DNA from: Sphaeroforma arctica JP610
Lineage: Eukaryota
NCBI RefSeq assembly: GCF_001186125.1
Contig: NW_014039996.1
Location: 1 to 35,753, forward strand
Direction of reading: 5' to 3'
Length of the DNA: 35,753 nt
Both the position numbers and the translations under genes were made by a program. The notes under the pieces were generated by a model. The model did no database searches and had not been told where the DNA came from. It saw only the letters and a list, made by a program, of their open reading frames with translations. Below, in pieces: positions 24,634 to 35,753 of this stretch. Position 1 is the stretch's first letter; each line of letters starts with the position of its first letter.

Positions 24634-24795
24634 CTCAAAATATCAAATTGGAGTCGCACGCTGTGTTTTACTTGAATAATAGCTATACATGTAATGAGTA
24701 CCTTCTTGAATCTCCTGTCGCAACATGTAATCTGTTGTGCCCTTCCACCACGCCTGAAGCAACTCGTGCTCCTCATTGGATCGGACTCTGGACAT
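10262..24795 (-). CDS. NRAMP/SLC11-family divalent metal (Mn2+/Fe2+) transporter, multi-exon, about 560 aa or more
   Basis: GT-AG exons in transcript order: 24702-24795 (candidate first exon MSRVRSNEE.., weaker), 22545-22694 ([16 protein letters not shown]), 21201-21282 ([23 protein letters not shown]), 19954-20128 ([19 protein letters not shown]), 18906-18989, 18064-18276 ([15 protein letters not shown]), 17348-17433, 16632-16773, 15107-15254 ([18 protein letters not shown]), 14237-14325 ([10 protein letters not shown]), 13229-13391 ([25 protein letters not shown]), 12412-12475 ([17 protein letters not shown]), then an uncertain TM11 exon (candidate 10625-10683 and/or inside gap 10954-11728), and 10262-10389 (TM12, ..YLAFAPWVE then TAA). 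All junctions are phase-consistent except across the TM11 region. DPGN, MPH and the TM8-9 transport motif are diagnostic. Confidence 0.92.
10702..11780. repeat. Intronic (TA)/(CATA) microsatellite around gap 10954-11728
   Basis: Read directly. Confidence 0.85.
12171..12428. repeat. 36-bp minisatellite, 7 units, made from a NRAMP exon 3' end plus its splice donor
   Basis: Unit acagaacaagatgc(c/a)atgcttaccg(g/a)attagtggga. The reverse donor cttac occurs at 12191, 12263, 12299, 12335, 12371 and 12407, with a mutated ctttc at 12227. Confidence 0.95.
12789..13010. repeat. Intronic ~108-bp imperfect tandem duplication with an internal GGCATATTCAAA sub-repeat
   Basis: actgagaggtat..gcattcgtat..aaacacaagcactatacac occurs at 12789 and 12897. 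Confidence 0.85.
13862..14222. repeat. Intronic AT-rich / (TA)n low-complexity tract
   Basis: Read directly. Confidence 0.8.
15311..15975. repeat. Intronic (TA)n microsatellite around gap 15393-15855
   Basis: Read directly. Confidence 0.85.
16820..17095. repeat. Intronic degenerate ~130-bp tandem duplication bounded by TTTAGGG-like motifs
   Basis: gattctactagg at 16842 and 16972, taaaaaggag at 16916 and 17041, gaatgtgcagg.tagagttta at 16940 and 17066. Confidence 0.75.
20408..20720. repeat. (CA)n/(TA)n microsatellites around a 20-N gap, with probable sequencing-noise (TACG)n
   Basis: Read directly. Confidence 0.8.
22011..22572. repeat. Degenerate copies (~50/100-bp period) of the 3' end and donor of the NRAMP DPG exon
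   Basis: atacctggatcactgtacgcgac(a/g)caaactag: true copy at 22541, variants near 22496, 22441, 22396, 22345, 22232 and 22014. Confidence 0.88.
23660..24630. repeat. (CA)n/(TA)n microsatellite around gap 23959-24599
   Basis: Read directly. Confidence 0.85.
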
Positions 24796-25129
24796 GTTTA
24801 ATATCTAGTTATGTACAACTGAAATGATGTTTGGTGTTGAATTGCATATGTTCTTGTTGTCAAACGCTACTTATAAAATTATTGTAGCCAAATAATTAAG
24901 TGGATGATTTGACAAGTCTATAAACAGTTACACAGCACTGCCACGTTGATATTCATAATATCCAACTGAAGTCTGAAGCCTGAAGGTCTGAAGACAGTGA
25001 AGAGAGAAATAGCAAAAACCCTTCCTGATCTTATTGTTTTTGTTTTGCTTTGTTCTATTTACAAAAAAAATACATAAAACGTAAAACGTATCGAGACTAT
25101 CGACTATCGAGGCTATTTTGGGCTTCATG

Positions 25130-25474
25130 CTGGGCTAGTTTGAGGTCGCGACATGTCGTCTGAAAAAACATGTAAACGACCGTCGCGACGTGTCGTAATA
25201 AATCATGTCGTATGTCGTATAAATATACACACTATACATGTTGTCATACATACTGTCGGAAACTTTCAGAATTTTCATGCTCACCCATTGGTAATCGATG
25301 AAAGGTCCCGTGATGATTAGCGAAATTTTCGGATATTGATCATTCAGAGGGTCTAATTTCTTCAATCTTGAGTCGGCCATAAGATATTCGCGACATGTAC
25401 CCCTAAAAAAACATTTAAAAACGACCGTCGCGAGGTGTCGCCATAGGCAAAAGACATGTCGTTTACCAGCCCAG
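25130..25474. mobile_element. Possible MITE / non-autonomous DNA transposon (~345 bp)
   Basis: Short imperfect terminal inverted repeats CTGGGCTAGT ... ACCAGCCCAG. Subterminal ~50-bp direct repeats (tcgcgacatgt..aaaaaacat..acgaccgtcgcga.gtgtcg at 25146 and 25388) and many CATGTCG motifs. No clear target-site duplication. Confidence 0.4.
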
Positions 25475-25914
25475 GCCTCCCCAATATATAAGTGTATAAA
25501 CTAAAGACAAAAGTATCCCGTTACGAAGTGCCATCACAGCTACGACTGATGAGTGACCACATAATTCAAAATTGATTGGCGACACGGAAGTGCAGAACGG
25601 TCGGCCGTTCCTATTGGCTCTATGATTAAAGATTGAGATTGCGAGTTGTGAACAAATATATAGTTGTTTTATTTTAAACAAAACCCCCCCAAAAAAACAC
25701 CAAGTAAGGCTACATAAAAGTAAACTTGTAAATATAGAGTAATTTGGTAATAAAAAGTCTATTTCATCACTCATGCCACCCACTGTACTCCCTGTCAGGC
25801 TGTCAGGCCGTATGTACTCCTTGTCAGAGTTTGCCACAAAGCCCCGCCTGTTCTGAATCTCATACTCTCGACACTTACTCACTAACAAGGCTCAGCCGCT
25901 CGAGCCAGTAACTT

Positions 25915-27135
25915 TCACATCTTCCGCTTCGAACATTTTAGTCATACGGAGTACTTCTCAAAATTGACTGTAGGAACGAAATTGATCATACCGCTCCCAT
26001 TACCACACAAGCTAGACAAGTGCAGAATGTAACTTGATTTAGATTTGCCCTTGTAATAGGTAGTATTTATCTTTACGCAATTTTTGCACATGCTGTACTT
26101 CTCAGATGATTCAGCTGTAGGGGAAAATGCCACCATTTCATTTCCATTTCCACAAGTGCTAGACAAGTGCAGAATGAAAGTTGTTTTAGATTTGCCCTCA
26201 TAAAAAATGATACACCTCGAGTCCACATCATCGGCTGCAGGTTCAGCCATCTCAGGCATACCGCAGGTTCTATCTTCTTCAAAACTATCATTCTCAGCGG
26301 AAACTTCCTCTACGTCAGCTTTCAATTCAACTTCCGAGTTATACTCAGAGAACCCCTCATCCAGATAGTCCAACAGTGTAGCCTTATTATCTGCGCACAC
26401 CTCTTCATATCTTTCTGAAATCTGCGTCTCGGACCCTAGATCAGTAGCTACCAGAGGTATATTTGTTGCTATTCCCTGATCATCGATTACAGCCCTGTCT
26501 CTAGCATTAAGCTGTTCCACCGCCTCGTGTTTGATACAACTCGTACATATCTCTTTTTTCTCTCCTCACTGCCTCTTCGCGTGACAGCTTTAATGCCTTC
26601 TCCGACTTCAGGTTTCCGCATTTGCTTTTCAAATGCAAAAGGCCTTCCTGACTTGCCGCCGCCATATAGTAGGTTTGGATATTGCTGAGCCGCGGATCTT
26701 CAGATACATACAGTTTTTTCAAACAGTTTCTGCACAATTCTTTCACATCGTTGACCACTTCCGTAACGATTCTATCCTTATCATCGCATTTCTGTACCAG
26801 CGAACAGCCATCACTTCTGGAATTGGTAAAGTGAATTTTTCCACCATCTTTGGAGCATACGCGAAACAGTGACAGACATGGTGGGTCTAAATAAACTACC
26901 TGTCAACAGGCGAAGATCTCGATTATATATACTTTTTACAGCCCCCTGTGTGGTCTGTGGCTTGTGTCCAAACTTCAACAGCTTGATATTTGTAGATAAA
27001 ATTCAGAAATTCTTTTTCTCTCTGATCAGTCGGATGACTTATCAATGAGTCAGAGAGACTTGTTCAGAAGATATTTTTCTGACATGTTCTCTTTCCGGCT
27101 TCTAATACATAGCCATTTTTCATTTTTGGGAGCAT
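25915..27135 (-). pseudogene. Disrupted intronless ORF (~400 codons) with four H-x(4-8)-C...C-x2-C putative zinc-binding repeats and an acidic linker
   Basis: Joins ORF-track pieces 26507-26758 and 25942-26520 plus upstream frames. Lesions: TGA at 27064-66, 26903-05 and 25942-44, a +2 (TA) slip near 26925, and a frameshift near 26530. Repeats 3 and 4 are clearly homologous (YEGKSKTTFILHLSSTCGNG vs YKGKSKSSYILHLSSLCGNG). Confidence 0.6.
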
Positions 27136-27308
27136 TAATATTGAAATGATATAATATATAAAAATAGATCGAATCCAGACTTCATTTCGGTCAGTTCAAC
27201 AGCGACTCTTCGTGAGAGAGTGCTGTTTGTTTGAAATATGTCGACTTGTTTGTTTTTACTGTTTGTTTAAAAAAAACCAAACCAAAAAAAAACAATAAAA
27301 CAAAAATA

Positions 27309-27512
27309 GACCCGAGTGACCCGACTCTCACTCAGCAGTCAGCGACTCAGCAGTCAGCGGCTCAGCAGTCAGCACTGCAGTTAAATAGCAGTAGCCCGAC
27401 TGCCCGTCGCCTTTGGCTTTTCAGTTTTCAAAAAAACAAAACAAAAACAAAACATAACATTGTTTATACTTTTGCTCCAGGAGTCCAAGGGCTCAGGGAG
27501 TCAGGGAGTCAG
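27309..27512. repeat. Stuttered region including a 15-bp unit CTCAGCAGTCAGCG(A/G) x3
   Basis: ctcagcagtcagcgactcagcagtcagcggctcagcagtcagcac, and (tcagggag)x2 near 27493. Confidence 0.8.
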
Positions 27513-27564
27513 GAAATTATTGACATTGCAAGTGTTTGATTCTTGCTACATACAAATCATGACA

Positions 27565-30500
27565 TCAAACCGTTGTCTTCTCCCTGTCAACTGCGTCAAC
27601 CATATCCACTGTATTCATATCCGGTTTCGCTTCATCTTTTTTAAGGAGCTCGTAGTACGTCAAAGATCGTTTCAGAAATCTGTCCAGCGATTGTGGTACC
27701 TTCCTCTGCAATTGATGGTATCCCTCGCGTGCCGAAGTATACACCTTCTCAGGTGCCAGTTCGTGCATACAGGGCAATAGGAGCGAGCATATGACATCCA
27801 CAATTCGTGCCTCTCTGGTTTTGAGTTCGTGTCAGAACGGAGTGGCGAAGTGAGTATTTACATCAGAAATAGTGGATAAGGCACACGAGATTGGACAGTA
27901 GACGATAGTACTGAGCTGTGAAAATTTATGGGAAGTACGTACCAATCTCCAAGCAGCATAATATAATGAAAGGGATGACCTCGTGATACAAAACTTGGAA
28001 AAGCACTCGGTACGAGATCAGGTTCTGCGCACAAATAAGCACATAGAAAGCACATAAATATACAATCCGCTGATAAAATAGCACATATTCATACATTGTT
28101 CAAATACTTCCCACTTACTTGTCGTGTTGGCCGAGAGCAGCTTCATTTGCATTGACATTGTCATCGGCCTCGTCACTGCCTCCACCAAAGTCTGCGTGCG
28201 AGTCATTTACCAGCATATTACCGATGAGCTCGTCTAGCTCAGCCATTGGGCCCTCAACCACCGCCTCTGTATCAGTGACAATACTATTCATTCCATTTTT
28301 CACTGCCCCACCCTGAGTTTGCAGTGTATCTTTTCCCGAGGTATTTCTTCTCTGTGACGAAGGCAACTCCTCCATCGGGCCACTTGTCACGTGCTTGGTC
28401 CTTTCCGGTTCCTTTCCAACGTCCCTTCCAGCACCATTCGGCGTCTCTACATCTTCCAGTGGAATATGCTCGGCAATACACACCACACATCGAAGTAGCT
28501 GGAACCAGAGGTCGCCGTACACGCTACTGACTTTACTTGACCCGCGCGGCAGAAAAACTGCACCTGAATCGGCCCTCAGTAACCGCAGTGTGGGGGATAG
28601 TGTGGGCTTCCCTTGTGAGTCCAGTGCAAACACACACGCATCACACACATCCGCCACGTCTGACGTCGCAATTTTAGACCCAGAGTTGGGTTTCTGGCTG
28701 TTTGGACCACATGTATGCCTGCTACATTCTGGCGGTGGTAAGTTGTGCCTGCAACTTGTCAGTTCTGAGGATTCGTGTGCATGGTTACATGCTTGTGCCC
28801 TTTCCCTCGTATTATCGATGCGTAGTGAGCTGTGTCCATCAGTGAGTGTACCCGTAATGGCCCCTAGTACGCCGGTACCTGAACCTTGACCGAGTCCGAG
28901 ATCTTTCTGTAATATAGGCAGCAGATCATCTGTATGGGTATAATGATTTCTGTGTCAATATAAAACTTACTCTAGCGAGTGTACGCGATTGGCCTACTGA
29001 TGTATAAATATACTTCCTGGCATTGATTTCACGCATCTGCTAATATTTGTAGCTAATGCTCCTACCACTTGCTAAAGTGTGTAACTAATGCCCTTATTAC
29101 ATGCTAGCCTTGTAGCCAAGTCCTTGCCACCTGCGGCGATACAAACATAGTCATGGGGCACCCACGCCTCTGTTTATGTATGCAAACATATAATACATAC
29201 CAATAATACGGACATGTATACAAGCATAAAGTAGACTAATAACAACACGAATATGAATGCAAACATGCTGAAGGTACCAACAACACGGATATATACGCAA
29301 AAATCCATTACTTACCAACTACACGGGTCTTAGCAAACCAAGTGCTCGTCTCGATGATTGCGCAGACACAGTCCAACGCAGCCATACGTACACGAGGATT
29401 ACGATCGCGGAGTCGCAACAGTAAAGGTGGCCAAAACAAGTGCACCATTGGATACAGCTCGTTCTCTGCGTGGCGTATGATCGAGAAACAGCCGGCGATT
29501 GTCGTACAAACCTGTGGATATAGCGATTTCGACGGGATAGTTCAACTGTTTGAATCATGTGAGGTTTAAAAGACAATCGATGTGATATCTCATAGCAACA
29601 ACGCCTAAACCATGCCATCTGGATCCTCTCTCTGATATGACGTGCGTGAGCAAATCGGCGGACAAATGCACATTTAATACACGTGTATGCGATTCACAAT
29701 GTATAAAAGCAAACCAATAATCTGACGTCCTCTAGCAAGACAATTACTCTTCTATGCGACTAACTATATGCCATTGCACGGAAAAAGACCTCTCAGATCT
29801 CTTTGCAAACTATACACGTACCTGTATGCGAGTTACGTCATCTTCATCGCTCATGAAGTGCTGCAAGACATCCATGATCGACTTTGTAACGGCCTGATAC
29901 GGCTTCATCGGAGGTTCCTCCTCTTCTGCAAGGTTCAGACAAAACGAAAGGAACAATTGAACCATCATTTGACCACCGTTTGACAGTATAACATTAGTGT
30001 ACATGTCAGTTGGTGTGATTGTATGAATAGGAAGTACATATAGCCGTGTGCCATGATACGACTAGTGTCTGTGACAGGTGGATGGGAAATTAGAATAAAT
30101 GCACCGTCGAGTTGTTTGTGCAATCAACTTATCACTATGGGGTACTGCCTGACATGGCCAGTGTGTGCCGACCTGAACATGCCAATCCAATACACAAGCT
30201 GGTGAGGATAGGATGTTTACACAGAACCGGTTCAGGTCCAGCAAATAAAATGTGTGTAGTTTATTATGTTGAGCATTGTACTTCAGCTTCCGAACATTCG
30301 AGCGCTGATTTCAAACACAACGCCACGGAGCCAAGAACACGAGGTTGTGACGTATCGAAAAGGACGCCTGGTTTGATGTCAAGCACGGGAATAGCAACTT
30401 AGGCCTGATATCAGTATCGGAAGCGGTTTGCTTGTAGAATTCTCAGACAAGCAACACTCACAAAAAACCCCCCAAAAAACCTAGCCCCTAATAAAACAAT

Positions 30501-33500
30501 GTAACAAACTCCCACTCCCTATCGGGAACTTGATCTTACTTGTGAGTTTCGGGGACACGAGCTCCGGCTGACAACCATGTGCACAAAATTGAACCCTAAA
30601 CCCAAACTCCCCTAAGCCATAAAATCTAGCAAGCTCAGTCTGTGCTCGATATAAATTCCCGATGCATACCAGGATCCTGATCCCACTTGCGCGTCGCAGG
30701 GACAAGGTCATCAGTTGACAACCACGTGTGCACGTTCGAGACCACTGCAGCAAAGACGGGCAGATACATGCGGATGTATGGTGCATTATACGCCACACGG
30801 TCCACCATCTCAGCCAGCACATCCGATAGTATGGGGAGTACATCGCAGGTGCTGTTGTCTAGGATTACTCGCAGTACTGAGGCGGCTTGCGGGTAGAGTT
30901 CTAGGGTGGTGGGAAGGCATTGGTTATGTTTAATGTAACGTTTTTGAGCGCAATCAACTTTGCGTATAGAAAAGTAGAAAAGGCGATGCATAGGATAGTA
31001 TGGGTAGTCTGTCGATAGTTCACTCGAAGTACAGAGGCAACTTGTATGTTAATTTCTGTTGAGGACAGGGATAAACAGGATATTTCATATATAGCATTTG
31101 GTAAGTTGTATCAGGTAGCACAATAATAAGCCATTGCGCATGGGAGAGTACGGACAGCCCGTTTCGGGTACTGTCGTCTATCAGTGATCACTCGAATGCA
31201 GAGACGGTTTACGGGCAGAGCAGATGGTAAGAAATATGTACGATGTTTACTGTGTGAGGTGATTGGAGAATGTATCAACGAGCAAAATGACACGCCGATG
31301 CATCGATAGTATGGGTACTACATTGTACATTTTCGAATTCGGAGCTGGTTTATGGGTAAGAACAAATATGCAAACACAGGCAATCGTTGAAAACGTACAG
31401 AACCAGATTGAAGGTACTTTTCCGTGGCGGTAAGGGTCATACAGATACATACTTACGAGCAGACACTTAGATTAGAACCATACCTGGGTACAGCAGATGA
31501 TGCGACACCGTATCGATGACAACATCGATCTGAGATCGGATGAGAACATTTAGGTTGCCGCTGCCACTCAAGGTAACTTCAGCGTTCAGAGGATCAACCC
31601 CTTCCCGCTTTATCCGACTATCCCATTGATCCACAGGCTGTTCTGTATACTTCATAGTTGTGGCTGCGATCGTACTAGACTGTACGTATAGATCGACATG
31701 CCTGTGGGTATGAGGTGTATTGTCTGTGGGTTTGGGCATATGTGTGCTTGGCGGAGACGGCACTGTTTGTGACTGTAATCGCAGGCGCGTTTGCTCGGGG
31801 CTGTAGTACTGGATGGCCTTCATGACATACACAGCCGAAGCACTGATCAACGGCACGCCAGACGCCAGACACTCTAACAGAGGGTACAACACAGTCATCA
31901 CAAACATATCATGTGCGCGTGCATGCGCCTCATCTCGCTCTAAAGTTGTTAGTATGGGACCCGCCCGATAATCCGTGTGTGTATGTGCGTCTTCTGTGTG
32001 TGGGTCTTCCGTAGACAGCTGTGAAGGTGTGTGGCTTTGTGATATTCCATCGGCCTCCCCATGTGTGTCACAACTCCCGTACACCTGTACCCACACAGCC
32101 AGAGCTTCCAGTAGTAAGCATACAAGTACTTTCCGCTCACTCGATACATGATTGCTCCCCCTGGAGGTCGCCAGATCGAGCGTCGCAGAGTACGTTCTAT
32201 TTATATCAGGCGAATCCTCGTCAAACAGGAGCGCACTACTAGTGCGTCCCCCACCCAGCCCTTGGGTGTAACCGTGTGTATCAGTGTATGTGTCTGTAGG
32301 CGTGTGTGCATGTGTGTCTCTATCTGTCTTAAAGGTCTGCATGCCGAGTCTTTCGACGAGCACAGACAACAACAGCGCCGCGCTACCCTCCGGTGAAGTA
32401 CCCCATCCGTTGTCATCGCTGGGGGTTTGCATCATTTCTGTCAGTATCAGACACGCCTGCCGGCTGTTCATAAAAATGACAAAATATTTGCGAATAAGAC
32501 TTTGATATTTGCCAAACACGTTCTACAAAAAGTAAGAAGGATACTGTACCGGACGTACATAGGAGTATTAGTGTGCGGCGCGGATGTATGACATAAACGG
32601 TACTACGGTTGGAACGACGGCCAGATTAGAGCACGCAAACAACATTCGCATTCAGATCAAAATGAAAATTGATCGTATCGTATTGCAACAAAGCCTCGGC
32701 ACATACCTTTGTGAGCTTTCCTCGTCTTGTAAGGCTGGTATGAGCTTTTCACACACAATCTGTAGACTCACACTAGAACCGAGTTCCCGGCACAGCGCCC
32801 GAATACACTGAGACGAGGAAGAAAAATAGGTGAGTGAAGGCTGAGACAATCAGTGTACGTGTGATGTTACATAAGCAGCCATGTGTCATGGGCTCGGAGC
32901 GATTGCGATTCCGGTTCATTCTGGTTCACCGCCACACATTCGGATCATTTAAAGATATACTGGTATGCACTACAGCGTATAGACAAGCGCGCTAGTAGTG
33001 TAAGCAGACAATGAAACAGTACAGCACGCATTGACTTTCCAGTGCATGTGTGGTGACACGTCTCAGTTGCATTATACCTACTGCGGGCGGTCTGAGTGAG
33101 AAACAGCCTGCAGATCCATGTACGCCGCTAAGAATTCAACCTGAAAATCAGTTTATCGCCTTTAAAAGCATGGTCACACTCCAGCCTTTGCCTGAGTCTA
33201 AATGGTTTCTCAAGAAGCGTGGTATAAGTCTACTTTCGTTGCTCCGCTTTGACTTCGCAGTCTATCGCTAAGCATTACTTATAGGTACCGAACAGCAAAT
33301 TGCTCCCAAGCAGGGGTAGCTATGCGTGTAGCCCTCAATTCGAAGACACCAAAAGCTAAATAGATTAAAAATGCAAGCATACAACCGAAGGACGAGAACA
33401 TACAAACAAGTGAGCACGCATGCATCTATATCACTTATCACTGTCGATATTGGAAGTGGTACTGACTTCTATATCTAAACTCCACTATGCGATGAACATA

Positions 33501-35357
33501 ACTCACTTTCGCCACTTTCTCGTCCCTAAAGTACTTGAATCGTTTAGGCAAGGGTGGTGGCAGGCGCCCAAAGTTCTCAGTATTGTCGTTGGCAGCTTCT
33601 GGGGCGCCGCTTGGTATAGTGTGTGCAGCCGATCCGTCACCTGCAGGAGATGTACATTGAGAATGAACAAAACGTGCCAAACAACATGCAGGGATAAGTA
33701 TTACTTTATGGTTCGTGCTATAGTTTTAAGTTAAGGCTGAGCCGTTACCTTCAAGACATGTACATATCGTAAAAGTACATAATTGGTCAGCAATGTGTAA
33801 CTTGGAGCTACAACATAAACACTATGCACAATTTTTTTGATAGCGAACGAAGTTTATTATATGGGCGAAGTGTGCAATTTAATTCACTATCAAACATCTT
33901 GTACGTTTTGCTTCATAAAGGGCACGATATATACTATGGATATTCAGTGAGACAGAGGGCCGTCAAACAGTAGCAGAACAGGTGCAACAGCAAGATGAAG
34001 GTTGAGGATGTGAAGTATCAGGAGAGTAGGAATGAATTCGACTTGGCACTCTCACCTACAGTGGATGTGAATATTGCTGTAGTGCTACACTGACCGTCAC
34101 GCACAGAATGTGATATGCCTTATACACAGATTTATCTGAGTCGATACTGACCTGCAAGCCAGACGGTCATTGAGCTGTCATCAAACGTCAGTAATTGCAT
34201 TAGCATCCGCATGAGCATACTGAGATGGAGTTCGTTCCCAAAATAGGTCCTGCATTTGACCCCTAGTAGCGACACGTAGCCCCTGACGAGTCTGATACCC
34301 TCCAGTTTGTTACTGTCGTCCATAGTACGGATGTGTCGGGGAATAGACATAATCAAATCGTGTAAACGCTGCTCGACAATCGCCAGCGATAGGTTAAAAG
34401 CTGGTGCTAAACCTAAATTATGTCCAATCTCGGTTGTACGTACGTGCTTATCTGTGTGTTGTGAATCCGTGGTGTTGTCATTAACTTTTCTCGGTGGTGG
34501 TTTGGTAGGTCGCCTTCTCGTATAGTCTGCGGTCATCATCCGCGAGAGGGTCTTGACATGCGCACGCGCGAGGTCGCTCACTCCTGGATAAGTGTCGTAT
34601 GTGTATCGCACCATCACATCCAGCAGATTGGACGCTAAGCCTCGCAAAGCAGTGGGACACTGAGTCAGCAGATCCATGGCAAAGGTCGCAAACTGAACAC
34701 GAACTTCGGAATTGGGATGTGATGTGACGGTGCAGATCTTGCGGAGTGTGGGGGCTATGTTGCCAATGGTGACCTCTGCCCATTGCACTGTGCGTATACT
34801 CTCGAGCCCTCCCTTTACACCTGGTATCATTCAGAACATGGTCGTTGCGTGTATGAATATAACAGAAATGCAAGTGGGTGGACGGCTAAAACTTATAAGG
34901 AATCCATCGCGAGCAATACACTTCTTCATAATAACATAGTTAACACAGAAGCGATACAGTGGAGAGGCTTGCGCGTTGGCCAGATCTAATTTCTATGTTA
35001 ATCTGCAGTATAACACATATCTGAACAGTCTCGAACAGACTAGAACTATACCTCATACAACAAAACAACCTCACAAAAACCAAAATGTGATCTAATGTAT
35101 CTAACACACACTGCAGCTACATCTTTTCAAACTAACAATCTCACATACGCAAAAGTCATATCTAACATAAACCTGTGCATACCGTCTCGGCTTGTCTTAT
35201 TGTCTGCGTGGGCTGTCGGTGTAGCTGCCGAGGTGATACTCAATTGCATGCTCTCATTGCTGTTGCGCAATGCTTCTAATATTGACCTATCAAGACTCTT
35301 ATCGCTTAGGCACCCCACCACTACACTCGCCCAAACGTCTAAAGCGAGAATCGTAAC
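27565..35357 (-). CDS. TTI1: TELO2-interacting protein 1 (TTT/PIKK co-chaperone, HEAT repeats), 5'-partial, 1217 codons in window
   Basis: Ten phase-consistent GT-AG exons: 35183-35357, 34152-34820, 33507-33640, 32707-32807, 31484-32463, 30670-30900, 29822-29925, 29316-29511, 28119-28929, 27565-27814 (stop). Blocks recognised from TTI1 proteins, in the expected order: SHPNSEVRVQF..DLLTQC, RLHDLIMSIPRHIRTMDDSNKLEGIRLVRGYVSLLG, RFKYFRDEK, RQACLILTEM, MTVLYPLLECL, YPQAASVLRVIL..LPILSDV, NELYPMVHLFWPPLLLRL. The N-terminus lies beyond the window. Confidence 0.88.
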
Positions 35358-35727
35358 CTACATGCGAGTGTAAAGGTGGAGAATTCATCAGATTTTGTAG
35401 AATGCGCTGCGATACTGCGATCACTACGGTTCGTTATCTGCTGATATTTGAGGGCCCAGATAAACTGTGTGCACTGCGACTCATTCCATAAAAGTGACAC
35501 CGCGTAAACGCTTCAAAGTATTATATTCCATTGCTACTAGCTTACCCGTGTTTGAGTTAACTACTAATATGATAATCGCTACGGAAAAAAACTTTATAAA
35601 AACCTGAACCATACCCATGCACTTTTCACTGTTTGTTACATTTTCGAAACAAGCCGCCCATACTACAAATCCAATATAAAGATAGCCAGAGAACAACTCG
35701 TGTCTTAATGGACATTGTGTGCAACTA

Positions 35728-35753
35728 ATATATATATATATATATATATATAT
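35728..35753. repeat. (TA)n microsatellite at window end
   Basis: Read directly. Confidence 0.9.

Noticed and set aside
28395..28889. 164-aa plus-strand ORF and other short ORFs within TTI1
   Set aside because: Antisense or alternative-frame shadows of TTI1 exons.
32464..32519. ORF-track start MFGKYQ.. of the 350-aa ORF
   Set aside because: Intronic: the phase-compatible acceptor gives an exon starting at 32463, so this ORF is an internal TTI1 exon, not a separate gene.

Overview
Eukaryotic draft-assembly window with GT-AG introns full of (TA)n/(CA)n/(CATA)n microsatellites and six N-gaps. The style suggests a unicellular opisthokont such as an ichthyosporean; that is inference only. All genes I can support are on the minus strand: (1) an intronless SLC28/CNT3-like nucleoside transporter (267-2051); (2) a divergent NRAMP/SLC11 metal transporter rebuilt by hand from 13 exons (10262-24795), probably with further exons in gaps; (3) a disrupted intronless ORF with four His-Cys-Cys-Cys putative zinc-binding repeats (25915-27135); (4) the 3' part of TTI1, 10 exons (27565-35357). 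The most unusual non-coding signals are tandem arrays that copy an exon 3' end plus its splice donor into the intron (twice in NRAMP), and 'stuttered' micro-duplicated or micro-palindromic DNA confined to intergenic regions. No CRISPR, rRNA or tRNA is seen. I cannot demonstrate a new multi-gene system; the findings are leads.
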